Positions 1 through 11,950 of a DNA stretch of 64,000 nucleotides are shown one piece after another. Source of the stretch: Nitrospinales bacterium (lineage in GTDB: Bacteria > Nitrospinota > Nitrospinia > Nitrospinales > VA-1). Under the pieces are notes generated by a model. The model was given only the letters and a program-made list of their open reading frames with translations. It was not told the origin of the DNA and made no database searches. The stretch spans positions 512,001 to 576,000 of the forward strand of contig CBDCXL010000002.1 of NCBI GenBank assembly GCA_965223795.1, in the 5' to 3' direction. Every line of letters begins with the position of its first letter. The stretch's first letter is position 1. Position numbers and translations under genes: made by a program.

Positions 1-387
1 TGCAACAGCCGGAAAAAAGGATTCGCGTTCCTGCGGGGACGCCACCATATAGACCTGCTTCAAACGCGAAGGCCCCGCCCACAGATAAACGGCGTCGCGC
101 TCTTCAAACAGAGTGAGGACGAGGTCGGTCCAGCTTTCTCCCTGCACTTCGATGCGGACGGGTTCCGCCTGAAGCGGCCCGGAGATGTGAAAACGGATGC
201 CGCTCTTTTCGGCGATTCGATCCAGCACCTCGGACAGCGGCGCGCCGTCCGCCTGAACCACCCACACGTGCGCGCCGTCCTGCGCCTGCCGCTCGAAGAC
301 CTGAAGGAACCCGGCTCCCTGAGCGGGTGCGCACAACAGCAACCCGGTCAGGGAGCAAAGAGTGAATACACGGATTCTGGAATACAT
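1..387 (-). CDS. Exported protein, partial (runs off window start); secretin/TonB N-terminal (STN)-like segment
   Basis: Not in the ORF track. Hand translation from ATG at 387 is open to base 1: MYSRIRVFTLCSLTGLLLCAPAQG (signal-like) ...ADGAPLSEVLDRIAEKSGIRF..., resembling the L-x-x-V-L-x-x-I-x-x-x-S-G pattern. Confidence 0.55.
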   Translation of the reverse strand, partial: MYSRIRVFTLCSLTGLLLCAPAQGAGFLQVFERQAQDGAHVWVVQADGAPLSEVLDRIAEKSGIRFHISGPLQAEPVRIEVQGESWTDLVLTLFEERDAVYLWAGPSRLKQVYMVASPQERESFFPAVA

Positions 388-414
388 AGGGTCCTGAATG
401 CCGGGTTAACTTCT

Positions 415-804
415 CTAATCAATTATTTCAATCAAACATTCACTTGAGCAACCGTCTCCGTCTTCATTGCCTCCGTCGTCGCACTCTTCGGGAGGTTCCA
501 CTACACCATTCCCACACATTGGCCCGGACATCATTTCACATGGCATCGTTCCCCCTGTGATTTGCTCATACTGGCCCGCAACCATCATGCAAGCTTGCTC
601 GGATGCCTGCGGTTCTTCTGAATCGCAGTCCATGGCTTCACAGTAAGCGTTGCACAGACCGAACGCCGCTCCCACCTGACCGTCGCAGACCTCTTCCACG
701 CTGGGCGGCTCGCCATCCGGCGTCTGCGCGAACGCAGTCCCGGCACTCAGTACAAAGAGCGCGCTGACAGCGAGTGCGCCCAGAACTTTCAAACAAGGTT
801 TCAT
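415..804 (-). CDS. Small secreted Cys-rich protein with Myxococcus-type cysteine-rich repeat (DUF4215-like)
   Basis: GAGGAG RBS before ATG 804; signal peptide ending AFA; C-terminal [27 protein letters not shown]. Confidence 0.8.
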   Translation of the reverse strand: MKPCLKVLGALAVSALFVLSAGTAFAQTPDGEPPSVEEVCDGQVGAAFGLCNAYCEAMDCDSEEPQASEQACMMVAGQYEQITGGTMPCEMMSGPMCGNGVVEPPEECDDGGNEDGDGCSSECLIEIID

Positions 805-960
805 TGCGGTTTTCTCCTCAAAACGTTTACATGCACACAAGTCCGGCTGAACCAGCAGATTGTTATCGGCAGGTTGTGCGAAAAAATGAGGCGTAGCGGA
901 ATAAGAAAAGATGTCGTGACGAGTGAGAGCAACGACCGGGAAAAGGAGTTCCCGATGTCT

Positions 961-2517
961 TTACAGAAAAACCGCTTTGACGAGCAACATCACGCCCACG
1001 GTGATCACCACCGAGCCCGTGACGTTGAGCGCCAAGCCGGCGCGCGACATCTGCGGGATGGTCACCCAGCCGCTGGAATAGACGATGGCGTTGGGCGGCG
1101 TGGCCACGGGCAGCATGAAGGCGCAGGAGGCGGACATGGTCGCGGGGATCATGAGAAACAGGGGATGAAACTGCGCCGCCACGGCCGCCGCCGCGATGAT
1201 CGGCAGGATCATGGTCGTGGTCGCGGTGTTGGAGGTGAGTTCGGTGAGAAATGTCACGGTGAGGCAGATGATCAGGATCACCAGCCACAGCGGCAGCGAG
1301 GCCACGCCGGTGAGCTGGCTGCCGATCCACTGATCGAGCCCCGTTTCAGAGAACCCCGCAGCCAGCGCGAACCCGCCGCCGAACAGCAGCAGGATGCCCC
1401 AGGGCACTTTCTTCTGCACCGTGGACCAGTCGAGCATGAAGTGCTCGGTTTTGCCGTTCAGCATCTGGCCGCGCCCGCGGTTGACGGGAAGCAGCATGAG
1501 CAGCAGCCCCATGGCCATGGCCACGGTGGCGTCGTGCAGCATATCCGGCTTGGCGAACAAGCCGGACCAGCCGGGAATGGTGAACGCACCCAGCGCGATG
1601 GGCTTGCGGAAGATCCACAGACACGCGGTGATGACGAACACCGTGGCGATGGTCCGTTCCGCGGGGGTGATCTTGCCCAGCTCCTCGATTTCCCTGCGGA
1701 TGATGCGGGGCGCCTGCTCGCCGAATTGGATGGCGCTGAGCGGCACGGGCGCCACGACCCGGCACAGGTACCACCACATGATGGGAACGAACGCGCAGAT
1801 GAGCGGGACGGCGAACTGCATCCAGACGAAAAAGCTGAGCTCGGGATGCTCGGGAAAGAGTTTTTTGTAAAAGCCCGCCAGCACGATGTTGGGAGCGGTG
1901 CCGATGAGGGTTCCGGTTCCGCCGATGCTGGCCGCGTACGCGAGCCCCAGCATGAGCACCAGGCCCAGGCTGTCGCGGATGCGGCGCTCGGTGTCGTCGT
2001 TGCGCTCGCCGTCGATGCTGGCCTCGGCGGCGATCTGGCGCACCACGGCCATGCAGACCGGAAGCAGCATCATGGTGGTCGCGGTGTTGGAGATCCACAT
2101 GGACAAAAAGGCGGAGGCGATCATGAATCCCAACACCATGCGCTTTAAATTCGTGCCGATGGCCGCCACGATGTGGAGCGCCAGGCGCTTGTGGAAATTC
2201 CACTTTTCCATGGCGATGGCGATCATGAACCCGCCGAGGAACAGAAACACCAGATGGTTGGTGTAATTGGGCGCGACCTGCTTGCTCGACAGGATGCCGA
2301 GCAGCGGAAACAGCACCAGCGGCATCAGCGCGGTCACGGTGACGGAGGTGCCCTCGCCGATCCACCACACGGCCATCATCAGCACGACGGCGAGCAGCCG
2401 CTGGGCCTCGGGCGTCATGCCCTCGGGAAGCGGCATGAAAAACACCACCAGAAACACGGCCACGCCACCGAGCAGGACGCCGATCTGTTTTTTGAATTCT
2501 TTTAAAGAGCCGGTCAC
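961..2517 (-). CDS. SLC13/DASS family sodium:dicarboxylate (or sulfate) symporter
   Basis: Highly hydrophobic 518 aa; two SNT motifs (WISNTAT, TSNTAT), LFLGGF, FMLPVATPPNAI. Confidence 0.92.
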   Translation of the reverse strand: MTGSLKEFKKQIGVLLGGVAVFLVVFFMPLPEGMTPEAQRLLAVVLMMAVWWIGEGTSVTVTALMPLVLFPLLGILSSKQVAPNYTNHLVFLFLGGFMIAIAMEKWNFHKRLALHIVAAIGTNLKRMVLGFMIASAFLSMWISNTATTMMLLPVCMAVVRQIAAEASIDGERNDDTERRIRDSLGLVLMLGLAYAASIGGTGTLIGTAPNIVLAGFYKKLFPEHPELSFFVWMQFAVPLICAFVPIMWWYLCRVVAPVPLSAIQFGEQAPRIIRREIEELGKITPAERTIATVFVITACLWIFRKPIALGAFTIPGWSGLFAKPDMLHDATVAMAMGLLLMLLPVNRGRGQMLNGKTEHFMLDWSTVQKKVPWGILLLFGGGFALAAGFSETGLDQWIGSQLTGVASLPLWLVILIICLTVTFLTELTSNTATTTMILPIIAAAAVAAQFHPLFLMIPATMSASCAFMLPVATPPNAIVYSSGWVTIPQMSRAGLALNVTGSVVITVGVMLLVKAVFL

Positions 2518-2625
2518 CTGGGGCCTATATCATTGCTTTCAATCGGAGTAATGTGACCGATTTGTCGTTGCGGGGTTGCCTGTGCCGTCAATTTTCGCTT
2601 GTTGCGCACGATGGAGTTTATTCAT

Positions 2626-2708
2626 CCCCCTCACACAGCCTTCTCCCTCCAGGGGAGAGGGATAGAGAGCATATCGTTTCTTTGCGCCTTCGCGTCTTTG
2701 CGCGAGGC
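2626..2708. repeat. Intergenic cluster of REP-like elements
   Basis: Hairpin CCTTCTCCCTCCAGGGGAGAGG, plus CTTTGCGCCTTCGCGTCTTTGCGCGAGGC (2680-2708), which recurs at 8906-8943 and 9846-9883. Confidence 0.65.
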
Positions 2709-2741
2709 GGGGTTTACGCTCATCCTGTGCCGGTTTTCCGG

Positions 2742-3347
2742 TCATTTCTGCGAAACGGCCTGGAGCGCGGCGGCGATTTCCTGGCTCAGGTCGGACAGGG
2801 TCCGGTTCATGGCCCCCACCACGCCTTCGACGCCCTCGGCGGTGACGGGCTGCTGGAAACTGGAATTTCTCAAGAAAACGGTTTCGGTTCCCTGGTTACC
2901 GAGGATGGTCCAGCGCGCATCGAGAAACCCTTCCTTGCCCAGCTCGCCCTCAAACTTTCGCACCTCCACGGCGATCTGGTAATCGGACGGCGCCGCGTTC
3001 TTCTCCGAAAGTACGGTCACGTTTTCGCTGGACATCAGTAGAGACAGGTTTTTCGCCAGCACGTCGGAAAAATTCGCTTTCAAGGGCTCCGCCCATTTGG
3101 GCGGTTTGCCCCCCTCTTTCGCCGGTCCGCCGGCGGCGGCGATCTCGGGCTTGTCCAGGTGTTCGGCTAGATGCACCGGTGCCACACCGATGCGGAGCTG
3201 CTTCGGCGCGGACGCATTGGGTTTCCCGGCCTCCTGCTGGCTGAGGGGCGTCAGGGTGTATTCGTTTTTCTGAAACGGGGAACCCGCACATCCTGCAAGC
3301 ACCCACTGGGCGAGCAGCACGGCGGCCACGATGAAACGAACGGTCAT
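2742..3347 (-). CDS. PqiC-family (ABC-transport auxiliary) lipoprotein
   Basis: Lipobox LAGC; KWAEPL; VEVRKFEG...LDARW; GGAGG RBS before ATG 3347. Confidence 0.8.
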   Translation of the reverse strand: MTVRFIVAAVLLAQWVLAGCAGSPFQKNEYTLTPLSQQEAGKPNASAPKQLRIGVAPVHLAEHLDKPEIAAAGGPAKEGGKPPKWAEPLKANFSDVLAKNLSLLMSSENVTVLSEKNAAPSDYQIAVEVRKFEGELGKEGFLDARWTILGNQGTETVFLRNSSFQQPVTAEGVEGVVGAMNRTLSDLSQEIAAALQAVSQK

Positions 3348-3596
3348 GGAAGTCTTCCTCCTGGTTGGGGCCCCTGCCCAGGGTGATCCCGGTTGACTCC
3401 GGATGGGTCCAGGCGAAATGGATGTGCGCCGGAACGCACGGCAGGGGACCGTGGGATGAGTGCGCTCCGGTTTTGCGGTCCCGTGCGACCCCGGCCGAAT
3501 GCGCGAAGGGGCGCGTCCATGCGGCCGCGGGACCGGCAACCAGTTTATATAAAAAACGATTGGAATTCAGCTATTTCGACACGCGACCGCAAAACT

Positions 3597-4478
3597 TCAG
3601 CTGGCGGCGAACATGCGGTCGATTTTCAGGGTGGAGACGATGTGCTTGTCCATGTCCAGCTCCTTGGGGGAATATCCCAGAGCCAGGGCGACGAGCTGGG
3701 GCAGATGCAGAATGGGGATGGCGTATTTTTTCTTCATCAGGATCTCGATTTCGGGCTGGTAGGAATCGAGGTTCAGATGACACAGCGGACAGCCGGTGAC
3801 CACGCAGTCAGCGCCGCTTTCCACCGCATCGACGAGCGCGTTGCCGGCCATGTCGAGGGAGGCTTTCTTGTTCATCATCACGATGGGGAAACCGCAGCAT
3901 TTGATGCGGCTGGGATAGTACACCGGGGTCGCGCCGAGCACCTCGAAGATCTCTTCCAGGCCGGTCGGGTTATCCGGGTTGTCAAAGTCGGACAGGTGCG
4001 AAGGGCGCAGGACGTAGCAGCCGTAAAAGGCCGCCACCTTGAGGCCGGTGAGCGGACGCTGGATCCGTTCCTTGAGCCGCTTCATGCCTTCCTCGCTGGC
4101 GAGGATGTTGGCGAAATGTTTGATCCGGCTCTTGCTGCCGTCGTACTGGTGGCCGCCGTCCTTGAGCAGGTGATTGATCTTGGCTTTGTATTCGGGATCG
4201 GACTTTATGTTGCACTCGGATTTTTTCAGCACGCCCTGGCAGGTGGAGCAGATGGTGACGAGATCGAGGCCCTTTTTCTCGGCGATCGCAAAGGTGCGGG
4301 CGTTGAGCGCGTCGGCGAGGATGGGGCTCTTCTCGCCCACCACGCCGGCGCCGCAGCAGGCGGCGCTTTTCATCTCGACAAAATCGATGCCCAGGCCTTC
4401 GGCGGCTTTCTTGGTGGACACCATCAACTCGCGGGTCGCGCCCTGAGACACACACCCGGTGAAAAGAGCAAATTTCAT
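3597..4478 (-). CDS. CCG-domain (HdrB-like) subunit of succinate dehydrogenase/fumarate reductase, SdhE-type anchor
   Basis: FTGC...CCGAG...CSTC and FYGC...CCG...CPLCH; overlaps the sdhB stop. Confidence 0.88.
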   Translation of the reverse strand: MKFALFTGCVSQGATRELMVSTKKAAEGLGIDFVEMKSAACCGAGVVGEKSPILADALNARTFAIAEKKGLDLVTICSTCQGVLKKSECNIKSDPEYKAKINHLLKDGGHQYDGSKSRIKHFANILASEEGMKRLKERIQRPLTGLKVAAFYGCYVLRPSHLSDFDNPDNPTGLEEIFEVLGATPVYYPSRIKCCGFPIVMMNKKASLDMAGNALVDAVESGADCVVTGCPLCHLNLDSYQPEIEILMKKKYAIPILHLPQLVALALGYSPKELDMDKHIVSTLKIDRMFAAS

Positions 4479-5416
4479 TGATCCAGTTCCTTGAATATGC
4501 GTTTCACATCTTTGACGTCATCGATCGACTTGTGAAAGATCGGCGGGATCTTGCGCTTGAGCAGCATGCGCAGGCCGATCGGGATCAGTTCCAGCAGTCC
4601 CTTGATGTTGAACAATCCGACCGATTCGGGAGCAATGCGGTTTTCATCCAGCCGCCCGCTGCGTTTGACGGAGTTGGTGAAGGAGATGGCGTGGCGGGCG
4701 CCGTTGTTGTTGGTCACCCCCTGCTCCATGGCGACGGTCATGATTTCCTTGATGCGGTAGAACGGTTCCGCGGGCTTGGGACAGCGCTCGACGCACTCGG
4801 CGCAGTGGGTGCAGTCCCAGATGCCGCCCGGCTCGCTGAGCTCGGTGACGCGTTCCAGGGTTGCGCCGTCGCGCGAATCGCTCACGAAACGCTGCGCCTT
4901 GGCCAGCGCCGCCGGGCCGAGGAAGCGGTCGTCCACTTCCAGCACGTTGCAGTCGGAATAACAGTTGCCGCACATGATGCAGGTGCTGGCGTCGTCGATC
5001 AGCTTGAACTGCTCGGGCGACTGCTTGCGTTCCTTTTCCGGAGACTTGCCCTTGGGCTTGAGATAAGGGTCGACCTGGTTGAGCTTGTCCCAGAAGGATT
5101 TGAAATCGACGACCAGGTCCTTGATCGGCGGCATGTTGCCCAGCGGCTCGATGGTGATGGTGTCGTTGGCGTCGAGCTGGCTCACCGCCTGGCGCTGGCA
5201 GGCCAGGATGGCGTGGCCGTTGACCTTCATGCCGCAGGAGCCGCAGATGGCGCTGCGGCAGGACATGCGATAAGTCAGGGAACCGTCCATCGTCCACTTG
5301 ATGAGATTGACGCAGTCCAGCAGGGTGGAACCGGGCGGGATGTCCAACTGGAAATCCTCGTAATACGGCTCGGGCTGCTTTTCGGGGTTGAACCGCTTGA
5401 TCCGGAATGTCGCCAT
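4475..5416 (-). CDS. sdhB: Succinate dehydrogenase/fumarate reductase iron-sulfur subunit
   Basis: [33 protein letters not shown]. Confidence 0.95.
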   Translation of the reverse strand: MATFRIKRFNPEKQPEPYYEDFQLDIPPGSTLLDCVNLIKWTMDGSLTYRMSCRSAICGSCGMKVNGHAILACQRQAVSQLDANDTITIEPLGNMPPIKDLVVDFKSFWDKLNQVDPYLKPKGKSPEKERKQSPEQFKLIDDASTCIMCGNCYSDCNVLEVDDRFLGPAALAKAQRFVSDSRDGATLERVTELSEPGGIWDCTHCAECVERCPKPAEPFYRIKEIMTVAMEQGVTNNNGARHAISFTNSVKRSGRLDENRIAPESVGLFNIKGLLELIPIGLRMLLKRKIPPIFHKSIDDVKDVKRIFKELDQ

Positions 5417-7137
5417 CAGTACTTTCTTTCCGTGGGTTGATGCTTGGTGATCACAACGGGTTTGTACTTCAGTTCCAGCCCGTCCGGAGAATCGTAAACG
5501 AACGTGTGCTTCAAAAATGCCTCGTCGTCCCGCTTGGGATGATCGGTGCGGTAATGACCGCCACGGCTTTCGTTTCTTGCGAGCGCGGCGGTGGCGATGA
5601 TCTCCGCCACCTGGAGCATGTTGCCCAGCTCCAGGATTTCGTAGATTTCGGTATTGAACAATTTGCCCTTATCCGTCACTTTACCTTTTTTAAAACGGAT
5701 TTGCAGTTTTTTGACGGTCTCGATGCACTGTTGCAGTTTTTCCGCGTCGCGAAACACCCCGCAATGGCTCATCATGATCTCTTTCATCTCGGTGCGGATG
5801 TTGTTGTAGTTCTCGCTGCCATCGCGTTGATATATATCCTCGAACATTTTCAGCACCTTGGCCTTTTCCGGGCCCTCGTTGACGCGGGCGAAATCCACAC
5901 TTTTCGCATACTCCAGAGCAGACTTTCCGGCACGTTCGCCGAACACGGTGGCGTCGAGCAATGAATTCGTTCCCAGCCGGTTGGCCCCGTGCACCGAAAC
6001 GCAGGCGCATTCCCCGGCGGCGAAAAAGCCCTTGAGCGGCGTGCCGCTCTCATCGAGCACCACCTGGCCGAATTTATTGGTCGGGATGCCGCCCATCGAG
6101 TAATGCGCGGTGGGCTGGATCGGCAGCGGTTCCTTGACGCAGTCGACGGAGATGAAATCGATGCCGAGCTGGCGGATCTGCGGCAGCCGTTCCATAATGC
6201 GGGCTTCGCCCAGATGCCGCAGGTCGAGATGGATGATGTCCTTGCCGTCGACGCCGCGGCCGGCGTCGATCTCGCTCTGCTCGGCGCGCGCGACGATGTC
6301 GCGGGGCGCGAGCTCCATGCGCGAGGGCGCGTACTGCTCCATGAAGCGGTCGCCCTTGCCGTTGAGGAGAAAACCGCCCTCCCCGCGCGCCGCTTCGGAA
6401 AACAAAATCCCCTGCCGGTACAGGCCGGAGGGATGAAACTGCACGAATTCCGGATCCTCCATCGGGATGCCGGCCTTGAACGCCGCCATCACGCCGTCGG
6501 CGGTGCTGGCGAACGCGTTGGTGGTGATGCGGAACACGCGGCCGTAGCCGCCGGTGCCGAACACCACCGCCTTGGCCTGCATGACTTCCAGGTTGCCGGT
6601 GCGGATGTCGCTCACCACGACGCCGTTGCAGCGGCCGTCCTCGATGATGAGCGAGTGCATGTACCATTCGGAATAGATCTTGATCGACTTGCTCTGCTTG
6701 TGCAGCTGCTCGTGCAGGGCGTGCAGGATGGCGTGGCCGGTGCGGTCGGCGGAGAAGCAGGCGCGCGGTTTGGAATGCCCGCCGAAACTGCGCTGGGCGA
6801 TCTTGCCGTCGGGCGTGCGGCTGAACACGCAGCCCATGTGCTCCAGTTCGTAGATGACGCGCGGCGCGGCCTTGACGTATTCCTCGACGGCGTCCTGGTC
6901 GCTGAGATAATCGCCGCCCTTGACCGTATCGAACATATGCTCTTCCCAGGAATCGTCCTGGGAATTGCCGAGCGCGGCGGCGATCCCCCCCTGGGCGGCG
7001 CCGGAATGGGATCGCGAGGGATAGACCTTGGTGAGCAGCGCCACGTCCAGGTCCTTGGACACTTCCAGGGCCGCGCGCATGCCCGCGAGACCGGCGCCAA
7101 CAATGACAACATCGTGTTTGATCAAAAGAAACCCCAA
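5416..7137 (-). CDS. sdhA: Succinate dehydrogenase/fumarate reductase flavoprotein subunit (start may be 7125)
   Basis: [16 protein letters not shown] (FAD-His), [27 protein letters not shown]. Confidence 0.96.
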   Translation of the reverse strand: MGFLLIKHDVVIVGAGLAGMRAALEVSKDLDVALLTKVYPSRSHSGAAQGGIAAALGNSQDDSWEEHMFDTVKGGDYLSDQDAVEEYVKAAPRVIYELEHMGCVFSRTPDGKIAQRSFGGHSKPRACFSADRTGHAILHALHEQLHKQSKSIKIYSEWYMHSLIIEDGRCNGVVVSDIRTGNLEVMQAKAVVFGTGGYGRVFRITTNAFASTADGVMAAFKAGIPMEDPEFVQFHPSGLYRQGILFSEAARGEGGFLLNGKGDRFMEQYAPSRMELAPRDIVARAEQSEIDAGRGVDGKDIIHLDLRHLGEARIMERLPQIRQLGIDFISVDCVKEPLPIQPTAHYSMGGIPTNKFGQVVLDESGTPLKGFFAAGECACVSVHGANRLGTNSLLDATVFGERAGKSALEYAKSVDFARVNEGPEKAKVLKMFEDIYQRDGSENYNNIRTEMKEIMMSHCGVFRDAEKLQQCIETVKKLQIRFKKGKVTDKGKLFNTEIYEILELGNMLQVAEIIATAALARNESRGGHYRTDHPKRDDEAFLKHTFVYDSPDGLELKYKPVVITKHQPTERKY

Positions 7138-7320
7138 AAACTCCAGAAGGTGCGGCTCGCTGCGCGCGGGGGTGTCCCCGGCGTATCGGCCCTGTGCGGC
7201 ACGAACTCCCGAAACTCAACCATCCAAAGAGTTTGGGGGTCAAACGGGATGCTTCGTGTGCGGGGCAAAGGGCGGAGGGGCCTCCTGGTGTCGTGATAAC
7301 TGACTAAAATTGAAGGGCGT

Positions 7321-7395
7321 ATTGAACCATTATCGGTCCGCCTCTGTCAAGAAAAATGAGAATGCAGTTGAAAATGCCGGGAAACCTAATATAAT
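7321..7395. promoter_or_regulatory. Divergent sigma70-like promoters for sdhA (minus) and rhlB (plus)
   Basis: Plus strand TTGAAA-16nt-TATAAT (7368-7395); minus strand TTGACA at 7345-7350 with a weaker -10. Confidence 0.55.
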
Positions 7396-7503
7396 GGTAA
7401 ATATATCAAAATGTTTCTAAAAATTTATTGAAATTTATTCCAGCCTTCCTGATGAATCATTCCCCGTCGGCGGCATACAAATAACAACCTACCTGACAAG
7501 CAG

Positions 7504-8844
7504 TTGGAGCACTCATTGGAAAACATTGCATTCGATTCCCTGGGCTTGACCGAAAAAGTCATGGACGGAATCCGCGACGCGGATTTCAAATACTGCACTC
7601 CCATTCAAGGCGCGGTGCTGCCGCTGACCCTGCAGGGCAAGGACGTGGCGGGCCAGGCGCAGACCGGCACCGGCAAGACGGCGGCGTTTCTCATCACGCT
7701 GTTCCAGCGCCTGCTGGAGAACAAGCCCGCAAAGCCTCCGGCGCGCGGCAAATCCGGACCGCGGGCGCTGATCATCGCGCCGACGCGCGAGCTGGCGCGG
7801 CAGATCGAAATGGACGCGCGGCTTTTGGGCGGCCACAGCGAGTTCAAGATCGTCTGCGTGTACGGCGGACTGGATTATCAGAAGCAGAAAGACATGATCA
7901 AGGCGGGTGTGGACGTGCTCATCGCCACGCCGGGGCGGCTGATCGACTACTACAAGCAGAAATTTTTCAGCCTCAAGCTGGTCGAGGTGCTGGTCATCGA
8001 CGAGGCGGACCGCATGTTCGACATGGGCTTCATCCAGGACCTGCGCTACATCATGCGCAACACCTCCCCCTACGACAAGCGGCTGACCATGCTGTTTTCC
8101 GCCACCCTGAACTTTCGGGTGATGGAGCTTTGCTACAAATTCATGAACAACCCGGAACGGGTGACTATCGAGCCGGAAAAAGCGGTGGTGGACGACATCG
8201 CCCAGTCCCTGTACCACGTCGGGCACCATGAAAAGAACAACCTGCTGCTGGGCCTGCTGAAACAGGAGGAAGGCGAAAAGGTCCTGATCTTCTGCAACAC
8301 CAAGGCGATGGCGGAACGGCTGGAACACAAACTCAAGCACAACGGCTACAACGCCGGCCAGATCAGCGGCGACCTGCCGCAGAAGGCGCGCATCCGCGTG
8401 CTGGAAAATTTCAAAGACGGCGACATCGACATCCTCATCGCCACCGACGTGGCGTCGCGCGGCATCCACGTGGACGACATCACGCACGTGATCAACTACG
8501 ATCTGCCGCAGGACCCGGAAGACTACGTGCACCGCATCGGCCGCACGGCGCGGGCGGGCAAGAAAGGCACGGCGATCACGCTGTGCTGCGAAAACTACGC
8601 CGTGCACCTGGAACGGGTGGAAGAATACCTCAAGCAGAAGATTCCCGTAGTGTGGGCGGAAGAAGAACTGTTCCTGAAAGAAAAACCCGGCGAACCCGCA
8701 CGGCCGCGCCGGTCGTCGTCCCGGCCGCGCAGCAAGACCTCCGGCTCCGGCGAAAAACGCACGAGAGAAAAACGGCCCAAACGCTCCCGCCCCCGGCGGC
8801 GGCGCTCATCCTCCCGCCCCTCAGGCACCGCCCCGGCACCCTGA
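7504..8844 (+). CDS. rhlB: DEAD-box ATP-dependent RNA helicase, RhlB-like
   Basis: AQTGTGKT, PTRELA, DEAD, SAT, HRIGRTAR; basic C-terminal tail. Confidence 0.9.
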   Translation: MEHSLENIAFDSLGLTEKVMDGIRDADFKYCTPIQGAVLPLTLQGKDVAGQAQTGTGKTAAFLITLFQRLLENKPAKPPARGKSGPRALIIAPTRELARQIEMDARLLGGHSEFKIVCVYGGLDYQKQKDMIKAGVDVLIATPGRLIDYYKQKFFSLKLVEVLVIDEADRMFDMGFIQDLRYIMRNTSPYDKRLTMLFSATLNFRVMELCYKFMNNPERVTIEPEKAVVDDIAQSLYHVGHHEKNNLLLGLLKQEEGEKVLIFCNTKAMAERLEHKLKHNGYNAGQISGDLPQKARIRVLENFKDGDIDILIATDVASRGIHVDDITHVINYDLPQDPEDYVHRIGRTARAGKKGTAITLCCENYAVHLERVEEYLKQKIPVVWAEEELFLKEKPGEPARPRRSSSRPRSKTSGSGEKRTREKRPKRSRPRRRRSSSRPSGTAPAP

Positions 8845-8905
8845 GTGGCTGTTACACTTACTCCCTGCCTCGCTAGCCATACGCGCAATCGCACAATCCC
8901 ACCGC

Positions 8906-8943
8906 AAAAAACCAGCCTCGCGCAAAGTCGCCAAGACGCAAAG
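8906..8943 (+). repeat. 38-bp repeat, left arm of an inverted pair around the AT-rich gene
   Basis: AAAAAACCAGCCTCGCGCAAAGTCGCCAAGACGCAAAG; 36/38 identical to the reverse complement of 9846-9883. Confidence 0.85.
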
Positions 8944-9106
8944 GGGAACGACTAGATGACTATATATCCTGAATTAAGCTACCCCACTTTATATTTCTTT
9001 ACTCATTCCGACAAAAGGAATTAATTATACTCAATAAATTGAAATCTTGCTTTTGTAGAGTATTTTACAAGCAACTATCCATCGCAATTATAGAGAGTAA
9101 GTTGTC

Positions 9107-9685
9107 ATGGAGTTTAGGCTAATCTATGAAGGTAGGCTAAAAAGTTCTCAAACTAAAAGACGAGATGTTAATCATATACAGGAAATACGCAATCAAATTC
9201 ATCCTCAATTAAAAACACTATGGAATCAGATTCCATTAAATACTGTTTCGTATTTTTTAGAAGAAGATCCTGGCAAATCCAAAACCTCAATAATTAAAAA
9301 GGTGAACTCCATAAAATTTGCGCCTTTAATCAATAAGAAATTATATCTTCTTGTTAAACTCCATTTTCTTTTTTTACGACCTTCCCCACCTGGACATTTA
9401 TTTGAAGATGGAGGGGATATTGACAATCGAATTAAAACATTAATAGATGGACTTAGAATTCCAACTCATCAAGAATTAGAAAAAATCAATCCAGATCTCA
9501 TTAGTACGAAGAAGGATGACGTGCCATTCCATTGCTTATTAGAGGATGATAAATTTGTTACAGATTTTTCAGTTACTACAGATCGCTTATTAAGAAATAC
9601 TGAAAATTCACAAAATGTTCAAATAATCATTCGAGTAACCCCGTGGGCAATCCATAAAACGTGGGATGCTGATGTCTTATTATAA
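9107..9685 (+). CDS. AT-rich hypothetical protein, RusA-like nuclease motif
   Basis: Much lower GC than flanks; GDIDNRIKTLIDGL...LLEDD matches the RusA D-x-D-N-x-x-K-x-x-x-D...DD pattern. Confidence 0.6.
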   Translation: MEFRLIYEGRLKSSQTKRRDVNHIQEIRNQIHPQLKTLWNQIPLNTVSYFLEEDPGKSKTSIIKKVNSIKFAPLINKKLYLLVKLHFLFLRPSPPGHLFEDGGDIDNRIKTLIDGLRIPTHQELEKINPDLISTKKDDVPFHCLLEDDKFVTDFSVTTDRLLRNTENSQNVQIIIRVTPWAIHKTWDADVLL

Positions 9686-9845
9686 AATTGTAAGGAGTCT
9701 TTATTAATTAGTGAAAGATGAAAGTAGTTATGTCTCAATATATGACAAACTTTCCTTTAGCTGTTTTTCTTTAGGCTCTTTGCGTCTTTGCGGTTATCCT
9801 GTTTTTGCTTTTATCCTGTAAATCCTGTCTCTTGCTTTTGCTTTT

Positions 9846-9883
9846 CTTTGCGCCTTGGCGGCTTTGCGCGAGGCTGGTTTTTT
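9846..9883 (-). repeat. 38-bp repeat, right arm of the inverted pair
   Basis: CTTTGCGCCTTGGCGGCTTTGCGCGAGGCTGGTTTTTT; a partial copy near 9778 and ATCCTGT heptamers (9796-9913) nearby. Confidence 0.85.
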
Positions 9884-9913
9884 TATCCCCGCCTTTTTTC
9901 CTGTCATCCTGTC

Positions 9914-11950
<2,037 letters not shown>

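Noticed and set aside
3390..3545. Hairpin-rich spacer between the CCG subunit and the pqiC-like gene as an ncRNA
   Set aside because: Very GC-rich so stems are expected; no recognisable RNA family motif
3597..4478. Heterodisulfide reductase HdrB of methanogenic or sulfur metabolism
   Set aside because: Coupled to sdhAB with no hdrA/hdrC; better explained as the CCG subunit of SDH/FRD
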